Assembly (NCBI GenBank): GCA_049115715.1 | Contig: JAGDZQ010000007.1 | Coordinates: forward strand, 35,714-99,713 | Source: Cyclobacteriaceae bacterium | GTDB taxonomy: Bacteria; Bacteroidota; Bacteroidia; Cytophagales; Cyclobacteriaceae | Reading direction: 5' to 3' | Length of the DNA stretch: 64,000 nucleotides | Shown here: positions 48,201 to 56,359 of the stretch, piece after piece | Layout of the letters: each line of letters starts with the position of its first letter | Position numbering within the stretch: position 1 is the stretch's first letter | Notes under the pieces: model-generated | The model's database searches: none | What the model saw: the letters and a program-made list of their open reading frames with translations, nothing else | What the model was told of the DNA's origin: nothing | Program-made: the position numbers and the translations under genes

Positions 48201-49243
48201 TGTCCATATCCGTTCACCACAATCAGGTCTTCATCAGAGTCATGATCCAAATCCGAAAATCCGACTCCCCAAGCCCATCCTGTTTCAAGGACTCCCAGAT
48301 CAAAGGCACTGCTTTCATATCTTTCTTCTCCCAGATTTGTGTACATGACGCTTGTACCAATATCTGAAACATAGATATCAAATAGTCCGTCATTGTTTGG
48401 ATCACCCACGGCTACACCCATACCATTTAGGTCATCGGTCAAATCATATTCCGAGGCTTTTTCTTCAAATCCTAAAGAGTTTCCTTTATTGATATAGAGT
48501 CTTGAATTAACTCCAAAATCATTGGTGACATAAAGATCAAGTAGTCCATCGGAATTCACGTCCATCGGCATACCCATCCATGATGGGTCCAGTGTCCCTT
48601 CTTCATTGTTTAAATCATCCCGTATTCCGAGGCTTGTTGTAACATCAGAAAAAGTCCCATTCCTATTGTTGTGGTATAGAAAGTTGCTCTCGCAACCTCC
48701 CCACTTAGATACATAAAGATCAAGGTATCCATCGTTATCATAATCCCACCAGGTAGCTCCAGTGTTCCAACAAGTATTTGTACCGATAATTCCAGAAGCA
48801 TCGGTCACCTCGATGAATTCTGTTCCATTCAAATTCTGAAATAATTGAAGGTGATGAACGCTTGCAAGGAAAAGGTCAGGGAAGCCATCGTTGTTGAAAT
48901 CGCCCCACGAGGCTCCCATTTTCATTCCTAGATTGGCTTCAATATTTACATCAGAATAGTCGAAGGCACTGACAATTCCTGAAGTTTCTGTAATATCAGT
49001 AAAGGTGCCATCATTGTTGTTTCGAAAAAGATAGCTTTCTAAACCATCTCCAGGCTCCAGAATATGCTGCCTGACCACTGCAAATAAATCCAGGTCATAA
49101 TCTCCATCAATATCAGCAACCGCGACTCCATTGATATCTTCAATATTGGATAGTCTTGCTTGCAATTCTATTCTAGTAAAATCTTGAGCTGTTGCAGCAG
49201 TGATTGAAAAAAATAAGGAAGCTACTACTAGTATCCGCATCAT
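45227..49243 (-). CDS. T9SS-secreted FG-GAP/ASPIC-UnbV + vanadium haloperoxidase (PAP2 superfamily) fusion
   Basis: Signal peptide; repeated DxDxDG(Y/L)xDL blades; SNRDAIGT...QNLMPVHFGL (ASPIC/UnbV); KGWYDYIRP, YVSGH and SRIWGGIHPPAD motifs; C-terminal LFPNP...PGLYFI CTD. Confidence 0.85.
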   Translation of the reverse strand: MMRILVVASLFFSITAATAQDFTRIELQARLSNIEDINGVAVADIDGDYDLDLFAVVRQHILEPGDGLESYLFRNNNDGTFTDITETSGIVSAFDYSDVNIEANLGMKMGASWGDFNNDGFPDLFLASVHHLQLFQNLNGTEFIEVTDASGIIGTNTCWNTGATWWDYDNDGYLDLYVSKWGGCESNFLYHNNRNGTFSDVTTSLGIRDDLNNEEGTLDPSWMGMPMDVNSDGLLDLYVTNDFGVNSRLYINKGNSLGFEEKASEYDLTDDLNGMGVAVGDPNNDGLFDIYVSDIGTSVMYTNLGEERYESSAFDLGVLETGWAWGVGFSDLDHDSDEDLIVVNGYGQEERNYYYENQFKEGKHEYKNRTEEKGMGDEADANALAIFDYDSDGDPDVLISNSDDIVHFYENNLITSGTPRDKSWLQVWLEGTDSNRDAIGTKLELKTDKGIFHRFYTGAGFMTQNLMPVHFGLADADEIIELKVTWPKGGTQTFNDLTLNQFVYVKENEELEPLSLGATKIPGCTNPESCTYNPDATVNDGSCQFLDSYTLNGAILSGNLNEEIYSYEELDNHQYNWEVKGGRIVSGQGTSEVSVRWGLGAKGLVSVKTSDENCSSSPVQIEVTLTPSEDQSDFSIARIWNEALLEAIRNDYARPTVHARNLFHVGVAMYDSWAAYHSSEVQTYLLGNQLGGFTSDFEGFDFEGDTSINVNKTISYAAYRLLSYRFNDSPNREETLSLFDGIMERLEYDPGITTTNYQVGGAVALGNYIADQIIQYGHTDASREVSKYDNAFYNPVNEALDPDKGGNQVIDDPNRWQPLKLRQFIDQAGNPIGINTPEFLSPEWGAVSAFALQEEDVSVLTRDGDDYRVHLDPGAPPYLNTTTLSDESKLYQWNFSLVSAWSSHLDPFDGVEWDISPKRIGNIDFESLPVTLEGHREFYDLIDGGDISKGHDLNPVTGVAYESQIVPRGDYARVLAEFWADGPDSETPPGHWFTLLNYVNDHPDFEKRFEGQGDLIDDLEWDVKAYFLLGGTMHDAAIAAWSAKGWYDYIRPISAIRYMAERGQSSDPEKPNYDVAGIPLLDGFIELVEEGDDLAGAEDENIGKIKIYAWRGHREISNTDKDQAGVGWILAEKWWPYQRPSFVTPPFAGYVSGHSTFSRAAAEMMTKLTGDAFFPGGIGEFVAKKNEFLVFEEGPSQDVILQWATYRDASDQCSLSRIWGGIHPPADDIPGRLIGDKVGKQAFEFGKQYFKMAPLSGREFNGNMILFPNPVDEDGKIHISYSSSETTFSIHDIYGRKIILQDKVYDESRQEWILTIPKVTPGLYFINIDGQSRKFLVR

Positions 49244-49577
49244 TTTAGAATTAATTGATTTAAGGTAAACCCTTAACCTTACTTTATCAATCTAATAGAA
49301 TCGTCACTTTGAGGTGCCGAAACATATTTTGATAAAGAATTTCACTTGTTCGAGAATGCCCATTCAATATGACAAACTCAATAAAATAAGATTAACCTAA
49401 CAGTAAATTTAGAAATATTGACATTCTGCTCATGGGATATTCCAGCAAATAATCTAGCAGGACATTATGAAGTTCATCAGTCAATGATACTTCACTCAGG
49501 ATTAAAGTGTGACTTGAAAGACTTGGAGGTGCGCTACAATGATTAGGCTTTAGTCCTGTTCTCGGACTTTTGATTTA

Positions 49578-50234
49578 TTAAAAGAGCATTTCAGGAATAT
49601 CTCCTTCAACTATTAATTCTCCTTCAGTGGATTGAACTATTTCATCAATACTAACCCCAGGAGCTCTTTCCAATAACTTGAAACCTCCCCCAGACAATAC
49701 ATCTAAAACAGCCAGATTGGTTACAATCTTTTTCACACAACCTACTCCTGTAAGTGGTAGTGTACAATTCTTCAACAATTTGGGCTCGCCTGACTTACTC
49801 GTATGCTGCATGGCAACTATGATACGGTCGGCAGAAGCAACCAAGTCCATGGCTCCTCCCATTCCTTTCACCATCTTGCCCGGTATTTTCCAATTGGCAA
49901 TATCACCGTTCTCTGATACCTCCATTGCGCCCAAAATAGTCAGATCGACATGTCCTCCTCTTATCATAGCAAAGCTCTCTGCGGAATTAAACAGCGACGA
50001 CCCTGCCTGCATGGTGATGGTCTGCTTCCCGGCGTTGATTAGGTCAGCATCTACTTCTTCTTCAACAGGAAAAGGCCCCATCCCTAAGAGTCCATTTTCA
50101 GATTGCAAAACCACTGAGATGTCATCCGGAATATAATTGGCAACCAAGGTAGGAATGCCTATCCCAAGGTTGATATATAGTCCATCCGTGATCTCCTTTG
50201 CTATTCTTTTTGCTATTCCGATTTTATCTAACAT
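49578..50234 (-). CDS. scoB: 3-oxoacid CoA-transferase subunit B
   Basis: [14 protein letters not shown] (catalytic Glu), GMGGAMDLV. Confidence 0.95.
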   Translation of the reverse strand: MLDKIGIAKRIAKEITDGLYINLGIGIPTLVANYIPDDISVVLQSENGLLGMGPFPVEEEVDADLINAGKQTITMQAGSSLFNSAESFAMIRGGHVDLTILGAMEVSENGDIANWKIPGKMVKGMGGAMDLVASADRIIVAMQHTSKSGEPKLLKNCTLPLTGVGCVKKIVTNLAVLDVLSGGGFKLLERAPGVSIDEIVQSTEGELIVEGDIPEMLF

Positions 50235-50254
50235 GGCAACAATGAGTTTATCCT

Positions 50255-50956
50255 CTATTCTTCCGTCCGAATGGTTCTTTGCTCAATTCTTTTTTCGTAT
50301 CCAGAGCCCTGAAATATTCTCTGAACATAAATCCCCGGGGTATGTACAGCGTTGGGGTCTAGTTCCCCTGCGGGCACCAATTCTTCAACTTCCGCAACAG
50401 TTATTTTTCCAGCAGCGGCCATCATAGGATTAAAATTCCTTGCCGTGCCTTTGAAAATCAGATTTCCAGAAGTGTCACCTTTCCATGCCTTGATAAATGA
50501 AAAATCTGCTTTTAACCATTTTTCCATTAGGTACATTTTTCCTCCAAACTCCCTTGTCTCTTTACCTTCGGCCACTTCTGTTCCATATCCTGCTGGGCTG
50601 AAGAATGCAGGAATACCTGCTCCTCCTGCTCGTATTCTCTCCGCAAGAGTACCTTGAGGCAATAATTCTACCTCCAGCTCTCCTGACAGCAATTGCCTTT
50701 CGAATTCCGCATTTTCACCTACGTAGGAAGAGATCATTTTCTTTACTTGCTTAGCTTCTAGCAATTGGCCAATACCAAATCCGTCTACTCCAGCATTATT
50801 AGATATACATGTAAGCTCCTTCGCTCCGGTCTTTAGTAAGGCACTTATCAGATTTTCAGGGATGCCACACAAACCAAAACCTCCAAGCATGATGGTCATC
50901 TTGTCGGCTATATCCCAAATGGATGCATCGGCACTTTCAACAACTTTGTTCAGCAT
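50255..50956 (-). CDS. scoA: 3-oxoacid CoA-transferase subunit A
   Basis: [47 protein letters not shown]. Confidence 0.95.
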   Translation of the reverse strand: MLNKVVESADASIWDIADKMTIMLGGFGLCGIPENLISALLKTGAKELTCISNNAGVDGFGIGQLLEAKQVKKMISSYVGENAEFERQLLSGELEVELLPQGTLAERIRAGGAGIPAFFSPAGYGTEVAEGKETREFGGKMYLMEKWLKADFSFIKAWKGDTSGNLIFKGTARNFNPMMAAAGKITVAEVEELVPAGELDPNAVHTPGIYVQRIFQGSGYEKRIEQRTIRTEE

Positions 50957-51301
50957 AGTGTCATATTCAAAATTGAGCGCTACTATTTCAGATTGTTGTA
51001 CAAGTCTATTTTCAATATCAAGACCTGAATTTACTTATTAGAAATTTACTCAATTTTAACGAGTCTCTTTTCTCCCAGATGCCTCTTTTCCATCGTAGGT
51101 GCTTGGATAAAATAAGCGGATGGAGCAAGCTTGGTTTTGCTTAAGAAACCGTAAACTCTTTTGCTAGGTGACTCTTTTTTTTGTAAAAGATGTAACCTCT
51201 CACTTGTATCGAAGTATTCTTTTTCAATGAAAGTAAAGATTCTCATGCAACCCTAAAAATTTTCTCTTGTCATTCAATAGTACCCATCAAACCTAATATT
51301 T

Positions 51302-53671
51302 ATGATACGTAATTTTCTTGTAGTAGCATGGAGAAACCTCCGCAGAAATGGTCTCTACTCGTCAATCAATATAGCAGGATTGTCTATCGGAATTTCTTGC
51401 AGTGTACTTATTCTTCTTTGGGTAGCAGATGAAACATCATTTGATCGTTTTCATCCAAAGTTTGACAGACTTCATCAGGTTTGGGTCAATGCGGAATTTG
51501 ATGGTAAAATAAACTCTTGGAGGTCTATCCCATTGCCTTCTTATGAAGCTTTGAAAACCGGCCATAGTGATATTGTAAATACTTGTGTGACCGGCTGGGG
51601 AGGTGACCGACTTCTTACCGTGGGTGAAAAGCGAATTACCAAACACGGATATTTCGCCAGCAACGAATTCTTGGAAATGTTCGAGTTTCCGCTTATTTCA
51701 GGAAGTGCTGAGACAGTTTTAGGTGATCCTTCATCTATTGTAATCACAGAGAGTTTGGCTGAAACACTTTTTGGAGAAAGAAATCCTGTAGGTGAAATCA
51801 TTAAAGTTGATGATAAAAGCCTGCTCAAAATCACGGGCATTTTGAAGGACATACCCAAAAACTCATCTTTCGAATTTGATTATATCATACCTTGGAAACA
51901 CAGGGAATCAATCAATGAATGGGTAGTCAATAACAAAACCAATTGGGGTAACTATTCCTTTCAGGTAATGATCGAGATATCTAGTAGTGACAAAGCTGCT
52001 GCCGTGGAAGCCGGCATAAAAAATATGTTAACTGAAAATGGGCAAGATGACATTCCTCGAAGTTTTTTCCTTCATCCTATGGAAAAGTGGAGACTTCATT
52101 CGAATTTCGAAAATGGAAAAGCAACAGGAGGCATGGGAGATTATGTCCAATTATTTACCATAATTGCAGCTTTCATTCTGGTAATCGCCTGCATCAATTT
52201 CATGAATCTTGCTACAGCCAGGTCTGAGAAAAGGGTAAGAGAAGTTGGTATAAGAAAGTCTTTGGGATCAAAAAGGGGGCAACTTATTTCCCAATTCATT
52301 GGAGAATCAGTTTTCATTTCTACCATCTCATATGTAATTGCACTTGTGGTGGCTCTGGCTTTTCTGAGCCCCTACAATACGCTTGTTGAAAAAGAACTTA
52401 CCATAGACCCAACATCAAGCGAATTTTGGATCTTTTCACTCAGTGTGATTTTAATAACGGGTGTAATCTCAGGAAGCTATCCGGCTCTATATTTATCTTC
52501 TTTCGATCCGGTAAAAACGCTCAAAGGCTCAGTCTTCGTTGGTAAAAAATCCGGTACTCCTCGTAAAGTACTCGTCACGTTGCAGTTTTCATTTTCGATC
52601 ATTCTAATGATCAGCACTGTGGTCATTTACAATCAAATCGAGTTGGTAAAAAACAGAGAGTTGGGGTATAATCAGGAGAATCTGATCTCGATCTCAACTA
52701 CGGACGCTATTGATAAGAATTATGTAGCGCTGAAAAACGAGCTTCTCCAATCTGGATTAGTAGAAGCAGTAACCAAATCAAACAGTCCTATAAATGCCAT
52801 TTATTCTAATAACTTTCTTGGCTGGCCTGGAAAACCTGAAAGTCTGAAAGTCATCTTCACAACCATCAGCACCGAGTATGATTACACCAAAACTATGGGC
52901 ATTAAGGTGCTTCAGGGACGAGACTTCTCCAAGGAGTTTACTACAGATACTTCTGCTATTGTCATCAACCAGGCAGGCCTAGACCTAATGGATCTGGGAG
53001 AAAATCCAATAGGAACAAAACTCGACCTGTGGGGAGATAAAGTGACCTTAATCGGAGTAGTAGACAATGTAATTATGGGCTCACCTTATGAAGAGGTGAA
53101 GCCCATGTTCATGGTGTATAATCCAGAATGGATCAGCTACGTAACGCTAAGGCTTAAAAAAACAAATCGGCTACAACAATCTCTCAAGGATGTAGAATTG
53201 ATCTTTAATAAACACAATCCGGCATATCCTTTCGAATATGAATTTGTTGATGCAGAATTCGGGAAGAAATTCGCGACCATCAATCTAACTCAAAAGCTTG
53301 CAACTATATTTTCGCTGTTAGCCATTTTCATTACTGGTCTGGGCTTATTTGGACTCGCCTCATATACGGCAGAACAAAAAATAAAAGAGATAGGTATACG
53401 AAAAGTATTGGGCGCTAGCGTGATCAGTCTCATTTCTTTGATCAGCAGAGAATTTACTAAAATGGTGCTCCTCGCATTTGCTGTGGCTGCTCCCACTTCG
53501 TGGTACTTACTGGATACTTACTTGAAACGCTATCAGGTTCGCACGGAACTTCATTGGTGGATATTTCCAATTGCAGGCTTGGTTGCACTGGTATTTGCCT
53601 TGTCGATCGTTTCTAATCAGGCAAGGAAAGCTGCACTAACTAATCCCGCTAAATCTTTGAGGAGCGAATAG
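51302..53671 (+). CDS. MacB/FtsX-like ABC permease
   Basis: NFLVVAWRNL, NFMNLATARSEKRVREVGIRK, EQKIKEIGIRKVLGAS, NPAKSLRSE. Confidence 0.93.
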   Translation: MIRNFLVVAWRNLRRNGLYSSINIAGLSIGISCSVLILLWVADETSFDRFHPKFDRLHQVWVNAEFDGKINSWRSIPLPSYEALKTGHSDIVNTCVTGWGGDRLLTVGEKRITKHGYFASNEFLEMFEFPLISGSAETVLGDPSSIVITESLAETLFGERNPVGEIIKVDDKSLLKITGILKDIPKNSSFEFDYIIPWKHRESINEWVVNNKTNWGNYSFQVMIEISSSDKAAAVEAGIKNMLTENGQDDIPRSFFLHPMEKWRLHSNFENGKATGGMGDYVQLFTIIAAFILVIACINFMNLATARSEKRVREVGIRKSLGSKRGQLISQFIGESVFISTISYVIALVVALAFLSPYNTLVEKELTIDPTSSEFWIFSLSVILITGVISGSYPALYLSSFDPVKTLKGSVFVGKKSGTPRKVLVTLQFSFSIILMISTVVIYNQIELVKNRELGYNQENLISISTTDAIDKNYVALKNELLQSGLVEAVTKSNSPINAIYSNNFLGWPGKPESLKVIFTTISTEYDYTKTMGIKVLQGRDFSKEFTTDTSAIVINQAGLDLMDLGENPIGTKLDLWGDKVTLIGVVDNVIMGSPYEEVKPMFMVYNPEWISYVTLRLKKTNRLQQSLKDVELIFNKHNPAYPFEYEFVDAEFGKKFATINLTQKLATIFSLLAIFITGLGLFGLASYTAEQKIKEIGIRKVLGASVISLISLISREFTKMVLLAFAVAAPTSWYLLDTYLKRYQVRTELHWWIFPIAGLVALVFALSIVSNQARKAALTNPAKSLRSE

Positions 53672-53792
53672 TTGTTTTAGCTTACAAAGCTTGAAGTTTT
53701 TTAGAGTAAGAAACTAAAACAATTAAGACTTTAGATTTTCTTGAAGCTGGTATCTTTGGCTTTTAGTCACTGAGTAATAAGCCTAGCCTTCG

Positions 53793-54530
53793 ATGAGCAA
53801 AATACGACTGATAAAGAAAGTCAAAGCCAATCTGATAAGAATAAGAGTACACAAGTTATTGGGTTTTTCAGCAGATGTCCTGATCTATATAGGCTACATG
53901 CTAAAACTCTCTAAATGGGTTGACCAAAACAAGCCTGTGCTTAAGTACAACGACTTTTACAATAACAAAGTCAAACAGCATGACAGGGTAAAACTTTACC
54001 AGTTTCTACTGGAACACAAATCATTAAAAGATGAGCCAATATCTTATCTGGAATTTGGTGTGGCTTCAGGGAACTCCTTGAAATGGTGGTCAGAAAACAA
54101 CTCCAACGGGAACACTAATTTTTGGGGTTTTGATACATTTGAGGGCTTACCTGAAAAATACGGTACTTATGAGAAAGGGGTATTTACGCAAGAGGGCAAC
54201 TTTCCCAATATCCCGGATGAAAGGATTAATTTCGTCAAAGGACTGTTTCAGGATACTCTTCTTAAAACCATCCCTAAAATTGATTTCAGCAAATCTTTGA
54301 TTGTACATCTGGATGGCGATTTGTACAGCTCTACGCTTTTTACCTTGACTGTTTTATATCCTTATCTGAAGAAGGGAGACATATTGCTCTTTGATGAGTT
54401 TGGTGTGCCTTACCATGAATTCAAGGCGTTTGATGACTTCATCAAGTCATTTTACATTAAGCTAGAGCCAATCGGAGCTATCAACAACTACTTGCAGATG
54501 GCATTTGAAATCAAGGATATCAAAACTTAA
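53793..54530 (+). CDS. TylF/MycF/NovP-related class I SAM methyltransferase
   Basis: YLEFGVASG, GFDTFEGLPE, VKGLFQDTL, HLDGDLYSST, LLFDEF. Confidence 0.85.
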   Translation: MSKIRLIKKVKANLIRIRVHKLLGFSADVLIYIGYMLKLSKWVDQNKPVLKYNDFYNNKVKQHDRVKLYQFLLEHKSLKDEPISYLEFGVASGNSLKWWSENNSNGNTNFWGFDTFEGLPEKYGTYEKGVFTQEGNFPNIPDERINFVKGLFQDTLLKTIPKIDFSKSLIVHLDGDLYSSTLFTLTVLYPYLKKGDILLFDEFGVPYHEFKAFDDFIKSFYIKLEPIGAINNYLQMAFEIKDIKT

Positions 54531-54660
54531 ATATTGCATTGTAAATGAGTCAGAAAGGGCTTAGTTTCCTACGCTCTTTAGATCAGGCTGACGATGATCA
54601 TTGTTTGACAACTATTCTTTGTTTCATTTTGTTGCTTACTTTGGTAAGACTTACTATAAA

Positions 54661-55557
54661 ATGAAAACCATGATTTCTTTTATTAATATCTCTATTCTGA
54701 GCTTATTGCTAGCGTGCGCTCCGAACAACCCTGACTCTTCAAAACAAAACCCTTATGATCAGCAACTGAGGGAATACTGGTATAATGGGGAGGCAGAGCT
54801 TTCTAGTTATGAGCTGAAGCAAGCTCGGTATGGAGAGATGCGTGACGGAAAAGCGGTTATGATATTTGTAACGGAGGACTTTTCAACTAAGACCAACACC
54901 AAAGCTGACAATCCTTCTACAGACAACATCTCTGTCCTTAAGTTAAACGCTACCAGAAAATTCAATACTGGAGTTTATCCCTACTCTATGATGAACAGTA
55001 CTTTCATTCCATTTCCTTCAGGAGGTAATTCTATCAAAGTATCTACTTCCAGCCAAGAGTGGTGCGGACATACGTATCTCGAACTGATTGATAATGGGGA
55101 TTTCAACATCCAAAATGCTTCGTATTTTCAAAGTGAAGCTCAAAAGGAGATCAATCTAAAAAAAGACATTCTTGAAGATGACCTTTGGTCGCTCATCAGA
55201 ATAAACCCAGCTGAGCTGCCCACCGGGAAATTAAAAATAATTCCTTCTTTCTTCTACCTTCGATTTTCTCACAATGACATTAAAGCGTACGATTGCGTAG
55301 TTTCTCTGACGGAAGAGAGCGAAAACATGAAATACACAATCTCCTATCCTGCGCTGGAACGGAACTTAGAAATTGTTTTCGAAAATCAATTCCCATTTAG
55401 AGTCCTTGGTTGGGAAGATACTTACTATAGCGGCTGGGGTGCTAAGAAGCAAAAACTTACGACTTCAGGTACATTGATAAAGACCATCCGATCTAAGTAC
55501 TGGAACAAGAATTCCAACGCTGATGAAGGGCTAAGAAAGGAGTTGGGATTGGATTAG
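54661..55557 (+). CDS. Conserved hypothetical lipoprotein
   Basis: Lipobox LLLAC; YWYNGEAELSSYELKQARYGE, SSQEWCGH. Start moved from 54601 to the ATG at 54661. Confidence 0.8.
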   Translation: MKTMISFINISILSLLLACAPNNPDSSKQNPYDQQLREYWYNGEAELSSYELKQARYGEMRDGKAVMIFVTEDFSTKTNTKADNPSTDNISVLKLNATRKFNTGVYPYSMMNSTFIPFPSGGNSIKVSTSSQEWCGHTYLELIDNGDFNIQNASYFQSEAQKEINLKKDILEDDLWSLIRINPAELPTGKLKIIPSFFYLRFSHNDIKAYDCVVSLTEESENMKYTISYPALERNLEIVFENQFPFRVLGWEDTYYSGWGAKKQKLTTSGTLIKTIRSKYWNKNSNADEGLRKELGLD

Positions 55558-55858
55558 ATAAAACTTAGCCTCTCCAATCTGTTCCATTCATCTTTTCTAT
55601 TATTCGAATTTAGGAAATCGGAAATTTTTGAATTTATGTTTATTGTTTCCCTAGAGTTCCCAAGCTCAACGAAAGCCTTTCTTACTCTATGAAACACGAT
55701 TTGCGTCAAACACCTTTTCCCGGATTGGTTTTAATCTTTGAGTATACAGAATCAGCAAAATCTTGGACCGTAGTAATTTGCTGGGCCTCCAAATCTGGAA
55801 TCTCTATTCCAAATTTCTTTTCAATTGTTACCAACAGTTCTACAGAGTCCAATCCAAT
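55554..55858 (-). pseudogene. Degraded acyl-carrier-protein-like gene (no ATG, frameshift, truncated)
   Basis: Manual translation from ATT at 55858: IGLDSVELLVTIEKKFGIEIPDLEAQQITTVQDFADSVYSKIKTNPGKGV* (stop 55706-55708). A shifted frame continues CLTQIVFHRVRKAFVELG...DEWNRLERLSFI* (stop 55554-55556). Confidence 0.7.
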
Positions 55859-55881
55859 AATGCGTTCTGATTCTCAAACAC

Positions 55882-55919
55882 AAAAAAACCTTTCCCTGAT
55901 TTCTCAAAGAAAGGTTTTT
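55882..55919 (-). terminator. Intrinsic terminator of the 55940..56230 gene
   Basis: AAAAACCTTTC / GAAAGGTTTTT 11-bp stem with a T-tract on the minus strand. Confidence 0.75.
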
Positions 55920-55939
55920 AAATTTCTTTTTTATTCGTC

Positions 55940-56230
55940 TTAAGCGACGTTTAATGTTTTAACCATCTCTACTGGTCCAAACTTACGACTATGTAGAACA
56001 GTTTTCTTTCCTTTCATCAACTGAATCTCTGTGTTTGGAAAGCCTGTATCAGCATGTTTTTTGATTACAGCATTGTAAAAAACTCTTGCTTCTTCTATCT
56101 CGCCTTTACCAAAATCGTGCTTGTGATCATATTTTTGCACCTTTCTCCCAGGGATAACATGGTACATAGAAACGACTACAGAATAGGTCGGTTGAAATGA
56201 TTTTAGGAAATTAAGCCAAGCTTGTTTCAT
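55940..56230 (-). CDS. Hypothetical protein
   Basis: 96-aa ORF with protein-like composition and its own downstream terminator. Confidence 0.75.
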   Translation of the reverse strand: MKQAWLNFLKSFQPTYSVVVSMYHVIPGRKVQKYDHKHDFGKGEIEEARVFYNAVIKKHADTGFPNTEIQLMKGKKTVLHSRKFGPVEMVKTLNVA

Positions 56231-56306
56231 CTTTTGGTGGTTTTGAAGCCCAAGTTTAATAAATACGATCCTTAATTGAAATAATTATCGACTGGTTTAT
56301 AAAAAT

Positions 56307-56338
56307 AAAAGGTTGTGCGAAATTTCGCACAACCTTTT
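56307..56338. terminator. Terminator of the dcw cluster after ftsZ
   Basis: Perfect 32-bp palindrome AAAAGGTTGTGCGAAA|TTTCGCACAACCTTTT. Confidence 0.85.
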
Positions 56339-56359
56339 TAAAGGCAAAAATCATATTAA

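Noticed and set aside
49244-49577. 334-bp intergenic region examined for a riboswitch or ncRNA
   Set aside because: No TPP, cobalamin, SAM, FMN, SRP or tRNA hallmark and no convincing stems found by eye.
51046-51246. 66-aa ORF in the scoA/permease divergent region
   Set aside because: No motif; occupies promoter space.
55689-55943. 84-aa plus-strand ORF from the track
   Set aside because: Antisense shadow of the ACP-like pseudogene and runs through a terminator hairpin.
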